From Fervidobacterium sp. (GTDB taxonomy: Bacteria; Thermotogota; Thermotogae; Thermotogales; Fervidobacteriaceae): 64,000 nucleotides of DNA. The translations under genes were made by a program, and so were the position numbers. Location: assembly GCA_049970055.1 (NCBI GenBank), contig JBMFNR010000001.1:384001-448000 (forward strand), given 5' to 3'. Positions 50,206-61,953 of this stretch are shown in pieces; the first letter of the stretch is position 1; every line of letters begins with the position of its first letter. The notes beneath the pieces are model-generated. The model saw nothing but the letters and a program-made list of their open reading frames with translations. It was not told where the DNA came from and did no database searches.

Positions 50206-52242
50206 ATGGTCCCGGAAAAGGTAAGGGAAGAGGTGGGAAAATTAAGAAAAGAAATCGAATACCATAATTACAGGTATTACGTTCTTGCTCAACCTGTTAT
50301 AAGTGATGAAGAATACGATAAATTAATGAAAAGATTGATTGAATTAGAGGAAAAATACCCGGAATTGAAAACACCAGATTCACCTACTCAAAGGGTTGGG
50401 GGACAGTTAATTGAAGGGTTTGAAACTGTTGAGCATAGCGAGCCTATGCTTAGTTTAGACAATACCTACAACGAAATAGAGATAATGGACTTTAACGAGC
50501 GAATTAGAAAAAGCGTAGGAGATGTTCAGTACGTAGTAGAATTGAAAATAGATGGAGTTTCTATTGCGTTACGGTACGAAGATGGTTTATTAGTGAAAGC
50601 AATAACAAGAGGGGATGGACTTAAAGGGGACGATGTAACGGCGAATGTGAAAACGATAAAATCTATTCCTTTACGATTACCCGAACCGTTGACAATTGAA
50701 GTACGTGGTGAAATATTCATGCCTGTGCAGTATTTTGAAGAACTAAATGAACAAAGGGAAGAGGAAGGCTTGCAACCATTTGCAAATCCGAGGAACGCTA
50801 CGGCAGGTACTCTACATCTTCTTAATCCCTCCGAAGTTGCTCAAAGGAAATTAGATTCATTCATGTATTATATCGTAAAACCTCAGCAGTACGGTCTAAA
50901 AAGCCAGTGGGAATCTTTGGAATTTCTCAGAAAATTACACTTCAAAGTGAATTCAGAAAGTAAATTGTGCGACAATATTGAAGAAGTTATCGAATATTGG
51001 AAAGAATGGACAAACAAAAGAAAGTATTTGGAATACTGGATTGATGGTATTGTGGTTAAAGTAAATGATTTTGAAAAGCAGAACGAACTTGGCTGGACTG
51101 CAAAATCTCCACGTTGGGCGATTGCCTTTAAATTTCCCGCGCAACAGGTGAGAACAAAGATAGTAAATATAGCATTTCAAGTTGGTAGAACGGGAGTCAT
51201 AACCCCCGTTGCTGAATTCGATCCAGTCGAACTTGAAGGTAGCGTCGTCAAGAGGGCATCATTGCATAATTTTGATTACATACAAGAAAACGATATAAGA
51301 GTGGGCGATTATGTTTTCGTCGAAAAAGCTGGAGGTATAATTCCACAGATTTCTTATGTTGTTAAAGAACTGCGCGATGGAGACGAAATTGTGGTAACGC
51401 CTCCCGACAATTGCCCTGTTTGTGGAGGACCTGTGGGTAAAGAGTCTGGTGAATACGTTGCATACAAATGCTTAAATCCACATTGCCCTGCCAAATTGAA
51501 AAGGCATCTTGAAGTTTTTGCCTCTCGTCAGGCCCTAGATCTTCAGGGCCTTGGGCCAAAGATAATCTCAAAGCTTGTTGATGGAGGACTAGTTAAAGAT
51601 ATCGCAGACATATTTTACCTAAATATATTTGATTTAGCCCAAATAAGTGGTCTTGGTCAAAAGATGATTTCTAACATACTTAACCAAGTAGAAAAAGCCA
51701 AACAAACACCGTTTGACAGATTGATTGTGGGACTTGGAATACCAGGTGTAGGTGAGAAAACTGCTAAGGTACTTGCTAAAAAATATAAAAATATCAATGA
51801 ATTGTCTAATGCAACAATAGATGAACTTATGCTAATTGAAGGAATCGGCAAAGATATCGCGGAAAGCATTGTTGAATATTTTAGAAATCCTAAGACTAAG
51901 GAAATTATTGATAAACTTAAGAGAGCTGGAGTAAATCTCGGGAGCCGAGAAGAAGTAAAATCTAATATACTTGATGGATTAACCTTTTGCGTAACAGGTA
52001 CATTGAAAAATTTTTCAAGAGAGGAAATTAAGAGGTTTATTGAAATTCTAGGTGGGCATTTTACAGACAGCTTAACTAAAAAAACTGATTACTTAATTGT
52101 AGGAGAAAATCCAGGAAGTAAGCTTGAAAAAGCGAAAAAATTTGGCGTTAGAATGACCTCAGAGGAAGAGTTTTTGAATATGTTAAGAGAGAAAGGGGTA
52201 AGGATTGAAGAGAAATGGAAGCAAAAAGATACGCTGTTTTAG
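50206..52242 (+). CDS. ligA: NAD-dependent DNA ligase
   Basis: [30 protein letters not shown], Zn finger and BRCT domain. Confidence 0.98.
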   Translation: MVPEKVREEVGKLRKEIEYHNYRYYVLAQPVISDEEYDKLMKRLIELEEKYPELKTPDSPTQRVGGQLIEGFETVEHSEPMLSLDNTYNEIEIMDFNERIRKSVGDVQYVVELKIDGVSIALRYEDGLLVKAITRGDGLKGDDVTANVKTIKSIPLRLPEPLTIEVRGEIFMPVQYFEELNEQREEEGLQPFANPRNATAGTLHLLNPSEVAQRKLDSFMYYIVKPQQYGLKSQWESLEFLRKLHFKVNSESKLCDNIEEVIEYWKEWTNKRKYLEYWIDGIVVKVNDFEKQNELGWTAKSPRWAIAFKFPAQQVRTKIVNIAFQVGRTGVITPVAEFDPVELEGSVVKRASLHNFDYIQENDIRVGDYVFVEKAGGIIPQISYVVKELRDGDEIVVTPPDNCPVCGGPVGKESGEYVAYKCLNPHCPAKLKRHLEVFASRQALDLQGLGPKIISKLVDGGLVKDIADIFYLNIFDLAQISGLGQKMISNILNQVEKAKQTPFDRLIVGLGIPGVGEKTAKVLAKKYKNINELSNATIDELMLIEGIGKDIAESIVEYFRNPKTKEIIDKLKRAGVNLGSREEVKSNILDGLTFCVTGTLKNFSREEIKRFIEILGGHFTDSLTKKTDYLIVGENPGSKLEKAKKFGVRMTSEEEFLNMLREKGVRIEEKWKQKDTLF

Positions 52243-52913
52243 CCTTTGGAGGCATTGGTAATCGATTTGGGTGGGAAAAACCAAAGCAATTCTATCCTTT
52301 GGTACATGGGAAAACCATATTAGAATATGTCGTAGAAAAATTTGTTTCTTTCGATATCTTTAACTCTTTTATTGTCGTATCGCCGAAAGAATACATAAGT
52401 GAAGTAGAATCACTTATAAGGCACATAAGACATAACATACATATAATTCCAGGTGGAAATGCTAGAGAATATTCTATTTGGAATGCGGTATTGTTTTTAA
52501 ATAACATCGCTAAGGATGACGATATTGTGTTGATCCATGATGGTGTAAGACCACTGGTATCGAAAGAGCTTGTTGTTGAAAACATTGAGAAATGTGAAAA
52601 GTTTGGTGCAGCCGTCACGGCAATGAACTCCATTGATACGATTAGCCTCTCCGAAGATGGATTAAAAATCCAAGAAATCATTCCAAGAAGCAAAGTATAT
52701 TTGCACCAAACACCTCAGACATTTAAGTATGGTATAATAAAAGATGCTATGGAGCGAGCGAAAGACGCGTTAGATAAGTTTTCCGACGATGCTTCAATAG
52801 TTTTAGCCTGCGGTTACGATGTTTACTACGTAAACGGTACAAAGGCGAATTTTAAAATAACGACCATTGAAGATGTAAATGTGGCAAAACAAATACTGAG
52901 TCAAGATAAATAA
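52215..52913 (+). CDS. ispD: IspD/TarI-family cytidylyltransferase
   Basis: [31 protein letters not shown]. Confidence 0.75.
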   Translation: MEAKRYAVLAFGGIGNRFGWEKPKQFYPLVHGKTILEYVVEKFVSFDIFNSFIVVSPKEYISEVESLIRHIRHNIHIIPGGNAREYSIWNAVLFLNNIAKDDDIVLIHDGVRPLVSKELVVENIEKCEKFGAAVTAMNSIDTISLSEDGLKIQEIIPRSKVYLHQTPQTFKYGIIKDAMERAKDALDKFSDDASIVLACGYDVYYVNGTKANFKITTIEDVNVAKQILSQDK

Positions 52914-52944
52914 TAGGTAAACTAAGAAAAGGGAGGAGATCTTT

Positions 52945-53973
52945 CTGAACCTCAGAAAAATTATCATCAACATTATCTTAGCAGTCGTTATAGGATTGTC
53001 AATTGTCAATATCGTTGGTCTATTTTTTGCAAAGCAAAACCCCTACACAGCACTACTTTCTTATCCAATAAGGGTAATTCCACTTCTTTTGTTCTTTGTG
53101 TTTGTTGATTATTTATTGCACGCAGTTCGGCTAGTGATAGTAGTTAGAAGTATGGGATATAAAATCACTTTTCTACAAGCTTTGGAGAATGTGTTTTTTA
53201 ACATATATTTTTCCTATGTAACTCCTATGTCCATAGGGGGACAGCCATTCCAAATTTATCATCTTTCGAAAATTGGAATACCAACTTACGATGCAACAAA
53301 CATAGCGATAACACGAATGTTCGTTGGAATAATGGTTGTTTTTACGGTTGACCTTCTTTTAATTAATCAAGTCATCTCGACGCTTCAAGGTACTATCGGT
53401 CTCGGCATTGTTTTGATTGGATTTTTAGTTACGGTAGGTATCAGTGTAGCAGGTTTTATGGCTTTCACAAATCAAAAAATTCTTTTTGGAATTGTTAAAT
53501 TCTTTGGTAAGATCATAAAATCTGAAAAGGTAAAGGAGAAAGAAGAATCGGTAGTAAAGTGGATTCAAAAAATGGGAGAATCAACTAAAACTCTGTTTTT
53601 GAAAAATTATTGGTCACTTGTAATTGACTGGGGTTTAGGTTCTCTCGCATCGATTCTTACACCACTGATTTTAAAAACTTCTATAGAAGCTGTAACTTCA
53701 GTGCATTTACCTTTGGCAAACATGTGGGGGATACTTATGATGCTCAATACTTTGGTTTATTACGTGCCAACCCCAGGCTCAAGTGGTGGTATCGAAGGTT
53801 TTTATCAACTCGTTTTTTCCCATATCTACGATACTAAGTCTGCGATGGTTGGTATTTTGGTGTACAGGATTGTAACCTACTACTTGATAATCTTTCTGGG
53901 GACTGCACTTATATGGAGGTTTGCGAAAATCAGAGAAGAAGTGAATATAGCTCAAGCAGAAGCAAAAAAATGA
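52945..53973 (+). CDS. Lysylphosphatidylglycerol-synthase TM / flippase-like membrane protein
   Basis: VTPMSIGGQP, PTPGSSGGIE, YR; extended to an in-frame CTG that follows a GGGAGG SD. Confidence 0.8.
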   Translation: MNLRKIIINIILAVVIGLSIVNIVGLFFAKQNPYTALLSYPIRVIPLLLFFVFVDYLLHAVRLVIVVRSMGYKITFLQALENVFFNIYFSYVTPMSIGGQPFQIYHLSKIGIPTYDATNIAITRMFVGIMVVFTVDLLLINQVISTLQGTIGLGIVLIGFLVTVGISVAGFMAFTNQKILFGIVKFFGKIIKSEKVKEKEESVVKWIQKMGESTKTLFLKNYWSLVIDWGLGSLASILTPLILKTSIEAVTSVHLPLANMWGILMMLNTLVYYVPTPGSSGGIEGFYQLVFSHIYDTKSAMVGILVYRIVTYYLIIFLGTALIWRFAKIREEVNIAQAEAKK

Positions 53974-54030
53974 CAATGAACAACAATAAAAAAGTGAAAT
54001 ATCTTAAAAGGACTGAAAGAGGTGATAGAC

Positions 54031-54522
54031 ATGTCTCATGAGAACCTTTGGCTTATAATTAGTGATTCACATGACAATATTCCAAATGTAGAAAAATTCA
54101 TGGAAATTGCGAAAAATAGAAAAGTCAAATGGATCTTTCACCTTGGAGATATCGTTTCACCGTTTTTAGCACCATATTTTCTAGACAATGGTGTAGAATT
54201 TCTGGGGATTTTTGGAAACAACGATGGTGAAAGATTATTCTTAATTCAAAAATTTCAATCCAAACTTCACAATGGACCGTACGATGTTCAAGTGGATAGC
54301 TTTAGGATATTCATGATGCACGAGCCTTACGCACTTCTCCCGGCTGTTAAATCTCAGCTTTACGACTTTGTATTTTACGGCCACACACATCGTTTGGATA
54401 CATACCAGGAAGGCAAAACACTTGTCATTAACCCTGGAGAATCTTGTGGTTACCTAACGGGAAGAGCAACGGCAGTGATACTTGATCCAAAGACGAAAGA
54501 ATATGAGATTGTCAAAATTTGA
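54031..54522 (+). CDS. YfcE-type metallophosphoesterase
   Basis: SDSHDN, HLGD, GNND, GHTH, NPG. Confidence 0.92.
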   Translation: MSHENLWLIISDSHDNIPNVEKFMEIAKNRKVKWIFHLGDIVSPFLAPYFLDNGVEFLGIFGNNDGERLFLIQKFQSKLHNGPYDVQVDSFRIFMMHEPYALLPAVKSQLYDFVFYGHTHRLDTYQEGKTLVINPGESCGYLTGRATAVILDPKTKEYEIVKI

Positions 54523-55165
54523 GTCGATTAAAGCATTAAAATCGATAGGTAGTAATTTCCTTAATTTATTAACCAATACGCAATGCATAGTGTGTGGCAA
54601 TCAAAGTTACGGTCGTAGATTATGTAAGCATTGCATCGAGTTTGTTAATACCCCACCATCACTTGCAAGCTTTAAGCACCATGATTTAGAGATCTACTAT
54701 TTTGGCCTTTATAAGGACAAATTAAGGGATTTCATATTGGCTTATAAATTCCATAACCACGATTCTTTGCGCAGTGAATTTTCTTATATGCTCTTTAAAA
54801 CGATCAAAACCCATTCATTGAAGTTCGATTACATTACATATATACCCGCTACCCGAAGTGCCAGAAAAAAAAGAGGTTACGACCACATGTACATAATTTC
54901 AAAGGAGTTATCAAAGTTAGCAAATATAAGACTTATCAACACTTTACAAGCAGTTAGAGATACCGACCAATTACTATCGCAAAATAGAGAAGAAGCTGTA
55001 AGAGGAAAATTTGAGATAATTAATGGAGTAGACTTGCAAAATAAAACGATCTTGCTTATCGACGATGTTTACACAACCGGTAATACGATGAGAGAAGCCA
55101 TTAAAACTTTAAGGCAAGCAAATCTACTTTCTATAATACCTTTAGTCATAGCTATGAATAAATGA
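54503..55165 (+). CDS. comF: ComF-family phosphoribosyltransferase-like protein
   Basis: CxxC..CxxC, RGYDH, LLIDDVYTTGNT. Confidence 0.85.
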   Translation: MRLSKFESIKALKSIGSNFLNLLTNTQCIVCGNQSYGRRLCKHCIEFVNTPPSLASFKHHDLEIYYFGLYKDKLRDFILAYKFHNHDSLRSEFSYMLFKTIKTHSLKFDYITYIPATRSARKKRGYDHMYIISKELSKLANIRLINTLQAVRDTDQLLSQNREEAVRGKFEIINGVDLQNKTILLIDDVYTTGNTMREAIKTLRQANLLSIIPLVIAMNK

Positions 55166-55196
55166 AAGTAATAAAAGAAAGGAGGTTTTCGTTTTT

Positions 55197-55439
55197 ATGG
55201 ACAGAGTGTATATAACCGAAAGTACTTCTTTTGAAGAGATTGCCGAGCACTATCCGTACTTGATACAGCCACTACTTGAAAAGGGGATAAAGGTCATTGT
55301 TTGTGGCGATGTAAAATGGGGAACTGTTGGTGAGGAATTAGAGCGTATGGGCTTGGAAAAAGAAGAAATCTTGCGAGAACTAAATGAAATAGCGCAAAAA
55401 AATGGTGGCCCTGTCCACTCATTGAAGTTAGATCTTTAA
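55197..55439 (+). CDS. Small protein, DUF1858-like
   Basis: 80 aa with an AGGAGG SD; EIAEHYP...LLEKG..C pattern. Confidence 0.6.
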   Translation: MDRVYITESTSFEEIAEHYPYLIQPLLEKGIKVIVCGDVKWGTVGEELERMGLEKEEILRELNEIAQKNGGPVHSLKLDL

Positions 55440-55547
55440 AATCGTTAATAACAATCTAAAAAAGTTGTGGTAAAATATTATGCTAGTACGATGTGGTTAA
55501 TGAGACAAATTATTCCACAATTTTTTAAATATTATGGAGGTGAACGT

Positions 55548-56810
55548 ATGAAAAAACTTTTATTGATAGTCCTACTTGTACTATCGGTGACATTTTTTGG
55601 TGCAACAAAAGTAGTTTTCTGGCATGCTATGGGTGGTGCGCAGGGTGAAACGCTCAACCAGGTTGTGAAGTCTTTTAACGAAACACACCCGGACATAGTT
55701 GTCGAAGCAGTTTACATAGGGAACTATAACGCTTTGCTACAGAAACTTCTTGCTGGCGCACAAGCAGGTCAGCTTCCAACGATTTCTCAGGCTTACTCGA
55801 ACTGGACGGCGAAGCTTTTGGAAAGCAATATCGTGGAACCACTAAACAAGTATATGAACGATCCAAAGATAGGTATAACAAAAGCGGAATGGGAGGATGT
55901 TTTTAAAGCGTTCAGGGACAACTGTACGTGGAATAACACAGTCTACGCGGTACCTTTCAACAAGAGTTTGTATATACTTTACTATAATGCTACAGCACTT
56001 TCGGCAGGTGGTATCAGCGCACCAAAATCAATTAATGAACTTCTTTATGCTTCTAAAGCTCTCACAAAAGACAAAAATAAAGACGGAAAGCCAGATGTAT
56101 ACGGCTTTGCGTTTAGAACAACGGTTGATACATTCCAAATTTTCCTCATGATGCGTGGTGGAGAAATCGTTAAAAAAGATCCAAAGACAGGAAAGTTCGT
56201 GTCAGCGATAGATTCTGCAGAAACAAGAGAAGTTCTTTCATTCTTTAAAAAACTGCTCGATGACAAAGTAGCATTCGCACAAGGTGGCTATCTCAACGAC
56301 ATATTCGGTCAGGGAACGGTTTTGATGTATATCGACACGATTGCGGGTAGAACATATGTTGAACAGTCGTCGAAGGGAAAATTCCAGTGGGCATGGGCTC
56401 CAGTTCCCGTTTGGAAAACAAGGAATGTACCATTTGCAGGAACTGATATAATCATGTTCTCAACGGCAAAGGACGATGAAAAAAGAGCTGCATGGGAATT
56501 TATGAAATACCTAATCTCACCAGAAGTAACAGCATATTGGGCAGTTAACACAGGATACTTACCTGTGAGAAAGGCAGCTCTTCAAACAACCATTTGGAAA
56601 CAAGCAGCAAAAGCTGATCCTCTCCTTGAAATACCGCTTCAGCAAATTGACAATGCTAAGATGGATCCACAACTGGGCGTTTGGACAGAGATCAGAAACG
56701 TTGTGAGTACAATGTTTAACGACTTTATCAATGGAAAAGTTGATATGGAAACGGCGATCAAAAAAGCAGATGCGGATATAAAGAAATACTTGGCAGAAGA
56801 ATATAAATAA
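55548..56810 (+). CDS. Sugar/glycerol-3-phosphate ABC substrate-binding protein (CUT1/UgpB-like)
   Basis: Signal peptide, FWHAMGG, VPFNKS..LYYN, AAWEFMKYL, TGYLP. Confidence 0.88.
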   Translation: MKKLLLIVLLVLSVTFFGATKVVFWHAMGGAQGETLNQVVKSFNETHPDIVVEAVYIGNYNALLQKLLAGAQAGQLPTISQAYSNWTAKLLESNIVEPLNKYMNDPKIGITKAEWEDVFKAFRDNCTWNNTVYAVPFNKSLYILYYNATALSAGGISAPKSINELLYASKALTKDKNKDGKPDVYGFAFRTTVDTFQIFLMMRGGEIVKKDPKTGKFVSAIDSAETREVLSFFKKLLDDKVAFAQGGYLNDIFGQGTVLMYIDTIAGRTYVEQSSKGKFQWAWAPVPVWKTRNVPFAGTDIIMFSTAKDDEKRAAWEFMKYLISPEVTAYWAVNTGYLPVRKAALQTTIWKQAAKADPLLEIPLQQIDNAKMDPQLGVWTEIRNVVSTMFNDFINGKVDMETAIKKADADIKKYLAEEYK

Positions 56811-56848
56811 TATTACACTTATTACACTTTATAGTTCTTCAAAGTTGG

Positions 56849-56883
56849 AAACGGTGGGAAAACTCTTTTCCCGCCGTTTTTTA
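56849..56883 (+). terminator. Intrinsic terminator after the binding-protein gene
   Basis: AAACGGTGGGAAAA...TTTTCCCGCCGTTTTTT. Confidence 0.8.
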
Positions 56884-56914
56884 GTACTTATAAATCGAAA
56901 GGGAGTGAATAAAT

Positions 56915-57551
56915 TTGCAGGAAAAAGAAAAGCTTTTGGAAGTTGAAAACCTCACAAAGTACTATGGAAGAAAACTGGCGATTGAAAAGATTACTTTCCA
57001 GGTTAATTCAGGTGAAATCGTTGGATTTGTTGGACCAAATGGTGCAGGAAAAACTACAACAATGAGAACCATTTTGGGATATCTGAGACCCACATCAGGT
57101 CAAGTGTGCAACTCTTACCAAAGGCATTTTTAAAGATATCCGGTGTCGATCAGATAGATTTTGGTAATATTTTACACTTTTTTGCAATGCAGGGACAGAT
57201 ATGGATTTTCCTTTTTGCTACATTTTATTTAACGAGACTTTCAAGTTCGATCTTTGTGAAAGAGGAAGATGGAAAAACAATAGAGTTTATCTTTTCTCGA
57301 GAAAGCGAAGCACTTCAGATACAGCAACATTTTTTGCGCTCGGATTTTTTTATGTTTTATCACTGATAGGGCGTGTGTATGAAAAATATGGTTATCTAAA
57401 AAAATTCACTCCATTCGGTGTGTTTGATCCATCTGACCTTCTAAAACACAATGAGTTTAATTCAACTGCCTTTTTATTCATTATTATATTGTATTTTGCA
57501 ACTTTGGTATTTTCAATTTATTACTACGATAGAAAAGACATTTACACATAA
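56915..57551 (+). pseudogene. Decayed ABC-2 exporter: ATPase 5' fragment joined to permease fragments
   Basis: Walker A GPNGAGKTT fragment stops at 72 aa; permease pieces (KEEDGKTIEFIFS; FTPF...YDRKDI) lie in two other frames. Confidence 0.8.
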
Positions 57552-57567
57552 AAAAGCTAGTCAAATT

Positions 57568-57612
57568 AAAAAAACAATCAGCCTTGTTCCCAAGGCTGAT
57601 TGTTTTTTTGTT
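57568..57612. terminator. Bidirectional terminator
   Basis: AAAAAAACAATCAGCCTTG-TTCC-CAAGGCTGATTGTTTTTTT. Confidence 0.85.
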
Positions 57613-57627
57613 TTTCTATTGACAGTA

Positions 57628-58812
57628 TTACAAGCTTCCTGGAAAATGACACGCAACTGAATGATCTGGTTTTACCTCTCTTAACTCGGGTTTTTCTTTC
57701 GAACAAATTGGTTTCGCCACAGGGCATCTTGGGTGGAAAGGACATCCACTTGGTGGATTAACTGGACTAGGAACATCTCCTTGGAGTATTATCCTTTGCT
57801 TTTTAAACTCCGGATTTGGAACAGGTATTGCACTCATAAGTGCCTTCGTGTAAGGGTGCAATGGTTCGTCAAAGAGATCCTTCTTTTTGGCAGTTTCAAC
57901 AACTTTACCAAGATACATAACGACAACTCTACTGGAGATGTATTTAATTAGCGACAAATCATGCGATATGAATAAGTATGTCAGATTGTGTTCCTTTTGT
58001 AAGTCCATCATAAGGTTTATAACTTGCGAACGAATCGAGACATCAAGAGCTGCAACAGCTTCATCAGCAATGATGAGCTTTGGATTCATCAAAAGTGCCC
58101 TTGCAATTCCTATTCTTTGCCTTTGTCCTCCAGAGAATTCGTGTGGAAATCTGTACATATGCGTTTGATGTATTCCCACTTCTTCAAGTGCTTTCCCAAC
58201 TGTTTGGATAGCGTCTGATTTTGTAATTATTTTATGCGCAAGTGGACCTTCGGCTAAGATGTTCTTAACTCTCATTCTCGGATCCAATGAGCTGTATGGA
58301 TCTTGGAAAACAATTTGAACATCTCTTCTAAATTTCAAACGTTTTTCTTCGAGATCGCCGACGAGATAATCCATTAAACCTTTTTCTCCACTTTTTTTGA
58401 ATATTTCGTAGTATTTAACATCGATATCATCCTGTGGTTTGAAATTTTTTTGGTTAAATCTTTGGATATAAGTCTTATCAATATATTTTCTAGCTTTCCA
58501 TGTGGGTAGGAAATAATGCGTGGTATCCTCATCACCGACCAAGATCCTACCTGAAGTTGGCTCGTAAAGTCTAAGCAAGGTCATTCCAACCGTTGTCTTT
58601 CCACAACCTGATTCACCAACAAGTCCAACGGTTTCACCTTTGTAAATTTCGAAACTTACACCATCAACAGCTTTTACCCAGGCAACAATTCGCTTAAAGA
58701 TCCCTGCTCTTATTGGGAAGTATTTAACGAGATTATCTATCTTTAACAATACTTCTCTCTTTGAATTATTTGTATTTTTCTGTTCTTGGTTTTGAACGAT
58801 ATTTTCGTTCAT
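57628..58812 (-). CDS. oppF: Oligopeptide ABC ATPase
   Basis: [30 protein letters not shown]-terminal Cys motif. Confidence 0.9.
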   Translation of the reverse strand: MNENIVQNQEQKNTNNSKREVLLKIDNLVKYFPIRAGIFKRIVAWVKAVDGVSFEIYKGETVGLVGESGCGKTTVGMTLLRLYEPTSGRILVGDEDTTHYFLPTWKARKYIDKTYIQRFNQKNFKPQDDIDVKYYEIFKKSGEKGLMDYLVGDLEEKRLKFRRDVQIVFQDPYSSLDPRMRVKNILAEGPLAHKIITKSDAIQTVGKALEEVGIHQTHMYRFPHEFSGGQRQRIGIARALLMNPKLIIADEAVAALDVSIRSQVINLMMDLQKEHNLTYLFISHDLSLIKYISSRVVVMYLGKVVETAKKKDLFDEPLHPYTKALMSAIPVPNPEFKKQRIILQGDVPSPVNPPSGCPFHPRCPVAKPICSKEKPELREVKPDHSVACHFPGSL

Positions 58813-59825
58813 GCATCTTCACCAGCCTTTATTATTTCCTGTGCATTTTCAACTTTCTTGTAGAAGAAACATCTTGAATAGTGTTCGGGCTCAACTTGGA
58901 CGAGGTCTGGCATTTCTATTTCACATTTGGATTCCTTAAATTCACATCTGTTGCTGAATCTACATCCTGGCGGGAAATGCAATGGGTCTGGAACCATTCC
59001 AGGTATACTGTACAGTCTGTCCTGTTCCACGTCAAGCCTTGGTATTGCGTTCAGTAGACCCCAAGTGTATGGATGCTTTGGTTTTTTGAAAATTGTTTTG
59101 ACATCGGCAGTTTCCATAACTTTTCCACCGTACATGACAACTACTCTATCAGCATTTTCAGCTATAACCCCAACATCGTGTGTTATAAGTATTATAGCCA
59201 TTCCGTATTCTCTTTGGAGTTCTTTCATAAGTTCAAGTATTTGAGCTTGTATTGTCACATCAAGAGCGGTTGTTGGTTCATCAGCAATAAGTAGTTTGGG
59301 CCTACAAGAGAGAGCCATAGCTATCATGGCTCTTTGTCTCATACCACCGGAAAGCTCATGTGGATACTCATCCACACGTTTTTCAGGTTCCGGAATTCCC
59401 ACTTTTCTAAGCATATCGATTGCCATCTGTCTTGCAGTTTTCTTATCAACATCTTGGTGGAGTAATATTGCTTCCATAATCTGCTCACCAATTGTGAAAA
59501 CGGGGTTTAGCGCAACCATGGGCTCTTGGAATATCATCGCTATCTCGTTACCACGGATTTTTCTCATCTCATCGTCTGTAAGTTCAAGCAAATTCTTACC
59601 GTTAAATATTATCTCACTACCTTCTTCTATCTTACCCTTTGGATCAAGAAGCCTAAGGATAGTGAGAGAAGTAACGCTCTTACCGCTACCGGATTCACCA
59701 ACGATACCTAATGTTTCTCCTTCGTATACTTCGAAATCAACACCATCGACGGCTTTGACAACGCCATCTTCTGTATAAAAATATGTGCGCAAATTTCTAA
59801 CAGTTAATAGTGGCTTTTTCTCCAA
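58809..59825 (-). CDS. oppD: Oligopeptide ABC ATPase
   Basis: [38 protein letters not shown] at 59825 after GGAGGTG. Confidence 0.92.
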   Translation of the reverse strand: MEKKPLLTVRNLRTYFYTEDGVVKAVDGVDFEVYEGETLGIVGESGSGKSVTSLTILRLLDPKGKIEEGSEIIFNGKNLLELTDDEMRKIRGNEIAMIFQEPMVALNPVFTIGEQIMEAILLHQDVDKKTARQMAIDMLRKVGIPEPEKRVDEYPHELSGGMRQRAMIAMALSCRPKLLIADEPTTALDVTIQAQILELMKELQREYGMAIILITHDVGVIAENADRVVVMYGGKVMETADVKTIFKKPKHPYTWGLLNAIPRLDVEQDRLYSIPGMVPDPLHFPPGCRFSNRCEFKESKCEIEMPDLVQVEPEHYSRCFFYKKVENAQEIIKAGEDA

Positions 59826-59839
59826 TTTGTCCACCTCCA

Positions 59840-60775
59840 TTACTTCAACCTTGGGTCAAAGACATCTCTTAGTGCATCACCGACAAGATTCCAAGCAAGA
59901 ACAAATAGAACCATTGCCATACCTGGATAAAATATGGCGTACCAATATGTAAACGCGGAACCTGTTGTTCCGAGTATCCAGTTTCTTGTATAGTTCAACA
60001 TCGAACCCCAATCAGCATATCCAAGTGGTGCACCAAGACCCAAGAATGACAAGCCTGCGGCGGTAATAACCAATGAACCCATACGCATCGAGGCTTGAAT
60101 TAAAACAGGGAATATTGTATTAGGCAAAACGTGTCTAACAATTATGAAAAAGTCTTTAACTCCAAGAGCTTTTGCTGCCAAAACGAACTGTTCTTCTTTT
60201 ACTTGAAGTATATTTGCCCTGATGAGCCTAGCTGCACCCATCCATCCAAAAACAGTCATAGCGATCATAACCTTGTCAAGGCCATTTCCAAGAATCGTTG
60301 TCAGAACCATGGCGGCAAGTAAAAATGGAATGGACATAAAAACATCCGTTATTCTCATCAAAATCTCGTCTATCCACCCGCCGTAATAACCTGCAATTGA
60401 ACCGATTATGATACCGAATATTGTCGATATAATCGTAACGGTCAGACCAATGTAGAAAGCAGTTCTCGTACCCCAGACAACACCGTAGAATATATCTCTA
60501 CCTTGAATCATACCAAATGGATGTTCAGCAGATGGTGGTACTGGTTCTGAACTCCAAGTGATGACTGGCATTATATATGGATTATCAAGTTTCATTGGAT
60601 TGCCATTCTCATCTAGCATTAATGGGTTTATTGGTTTTGCTATCACTGGTGCAATTATCGCTATTACCACAAAAAATATTAACAAAACAAATCCCAATAC
60701 AGCTGATGGATTTCTAAGAATTTTTCGCATTATACGTTTAAATTCTGTATTTTGCTTTTTACCTTCGCTCATCAT
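59840..60775 (-). CDS. oppC: Oligopeptide ABC permease
   Basis: HPFG..GRD, EAA-like loop [26 protein letters not shown]. Confidence 0.92.
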   Translation of the reverse strand: MMSEGKKQNTEFKRIMRKILRNPSAVLGFVLLIFFVVIAIIAPVIAKPINPLMLDENGNPMKLDNPYIMPVITWSSEPVPPSAEHPFGMIQGRDIFYGVVWGTRTAFYIGLTVTIISTIFGIIIGSIAGYYGGWIDEILMRITDVFMSIPFLLAAMVLTTILGNGLDKVMIAMTVFGWMGAARLIRANILQVKEEQFVLAAKALGVKDFFIIVRHVLPNTIFPVLIQASMRMGSLVITAAGLSFLGLGAPLGYADWGSMLNYTRNWILGTTGSAFTYWYAIFYPGMAMVLFVLAWNLVGDALRDVFDPRLK

Positions 60776-60786
60776 CTGGCACCTCC

Positions 60787-61824
60787 TTAACCGAGTCTGA
60801 CGCGTGGATCAAATACTGCGTATAGAATATCAATAATGAGGTTACCAACTACAAGCAACGTTGAGTAGAAAAGTGTAGTGCCCAAAACTGTTGCATAATC
60901 AAGAGAAACTGCGGCATCAGCTGCCAATCTACCGATACCTGTTCTGTTGAAAATAACCTCTATGATAACAGTACCTGAGAGCAAACCTATAACCATCGCC
61001 CCAGCAACGGTAACTACTGGAATCATTGCATTCTTCTTTGCATGCATATGAATAACATCTTTCTCTGGAACACCTTTTGCACGAGCAGTTCTCACATATT
61101 CTTTTGAGAGAACTTCAAGCATACTCGACCTTGTGATTCTCAGTAAGTACGCCCACCAAAGGAAAGAAAGTGTCAAGACAGGACCTATGATATGTCTGAG
61201 TGCATCCCAGAAAACATCCAGTCTACCATTTATAAGCGCATCGATAGTTAATAAGTGGGTTACCTTCATGAACGATTGGGACTTAACAACCTCTTCAGCC
61301 CACTGTGAGAGTGTTCCCGGTGGGAACCAACCAAGCACTGAATAAAAGACCATCAAAACAAGGAGTCCAAAGACGAAATCAGGGAATGACCAACCGATAA
61401 TAGCTATGATCCTTATAAAATGGTCTAAAAACTTATCTCTATTTACGGCTGCAGCCACACCAAGCCAAATGCCAACACCAACAACTGGAAAGAGTGCATA
61501 CAGTGCAAGTTCAAGCGTGTATGGGAACCTACTCCATATAGCTTTCAAAACAGGTTCCTTACCGACCTGTGACCAACCAAGATCACCTTTGAGTGCATTC
61601 CAAAGCCATAGTCCGTATCTTTCCACAAACGGTTTGTTCAAACCGTACTTTTCCTTCAAAGCATCAAGTTCTTCGTTTGTTAGTTTATCAAAGACGTTCG
61701 GGTTGACATACGAGGCCAAAAGTTTATCTGGTCCTAAGATCTGGAACAAACTGAATATGATGAGTGAAACACCCAAGACTATCAGTGGTAACAAGAGTAA
61801 CCTCCTGATAATAAACGTTGTCAA
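60787..61824 (-). CDS. oppB: Oligopeptide ABC permease
   Basis: FIIRRLL, GDLG, RSSMLEVLSKEYVRTARAKG, DPRVR. Confidence 0.92.
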   Translation of the reverse strand: MTTFIIRRLLLLPLIVLGVSLIIFSLFQILGPDKLLASYVNPNVFDKLTNEELDALKEKYGLNKPFVERYGLWLWNALKGDLGWSQVGKEPVLKAIWSRFPYTLELALYALFPVVGVGIWLGVAAAVNRDKFLDHFIRIIAIIGWSFPDFVFGLLVLMVFYSVLGWFPPGTLSQWAEEVVKSQSFMKVTHLLTIDALINGRLDVFWDALRHIIGPVLTLSFLWWAYLLRITRSSMLEVLSKEYVRTARAKGVPEKDVIHMHAKKNAMIPVVTVAGAMVIGLLSGTVIIEVIFNRTGIGRLAADAAVSLDYATVLGTTLFYSTLLVVGNLIIDILYAVFDPRVRLG

Positions 61825-61953
61825 CTACCGCCACCTCCTGAAATAGTGTCAAAAAAATAATTGTAATTATTATCGAAGCCCAGCGACAAACCCAGTGTAC
61901 CTAAAAGAAATTATAACACTCTTGTACAGATTATCAACTAACTTAACAGTAAT

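Noticed and set aside
56811..56830. Short duplication TATTACACT x2
   Set aside because: Too short and AT-rich to support a function; likely slippage before the terminator.
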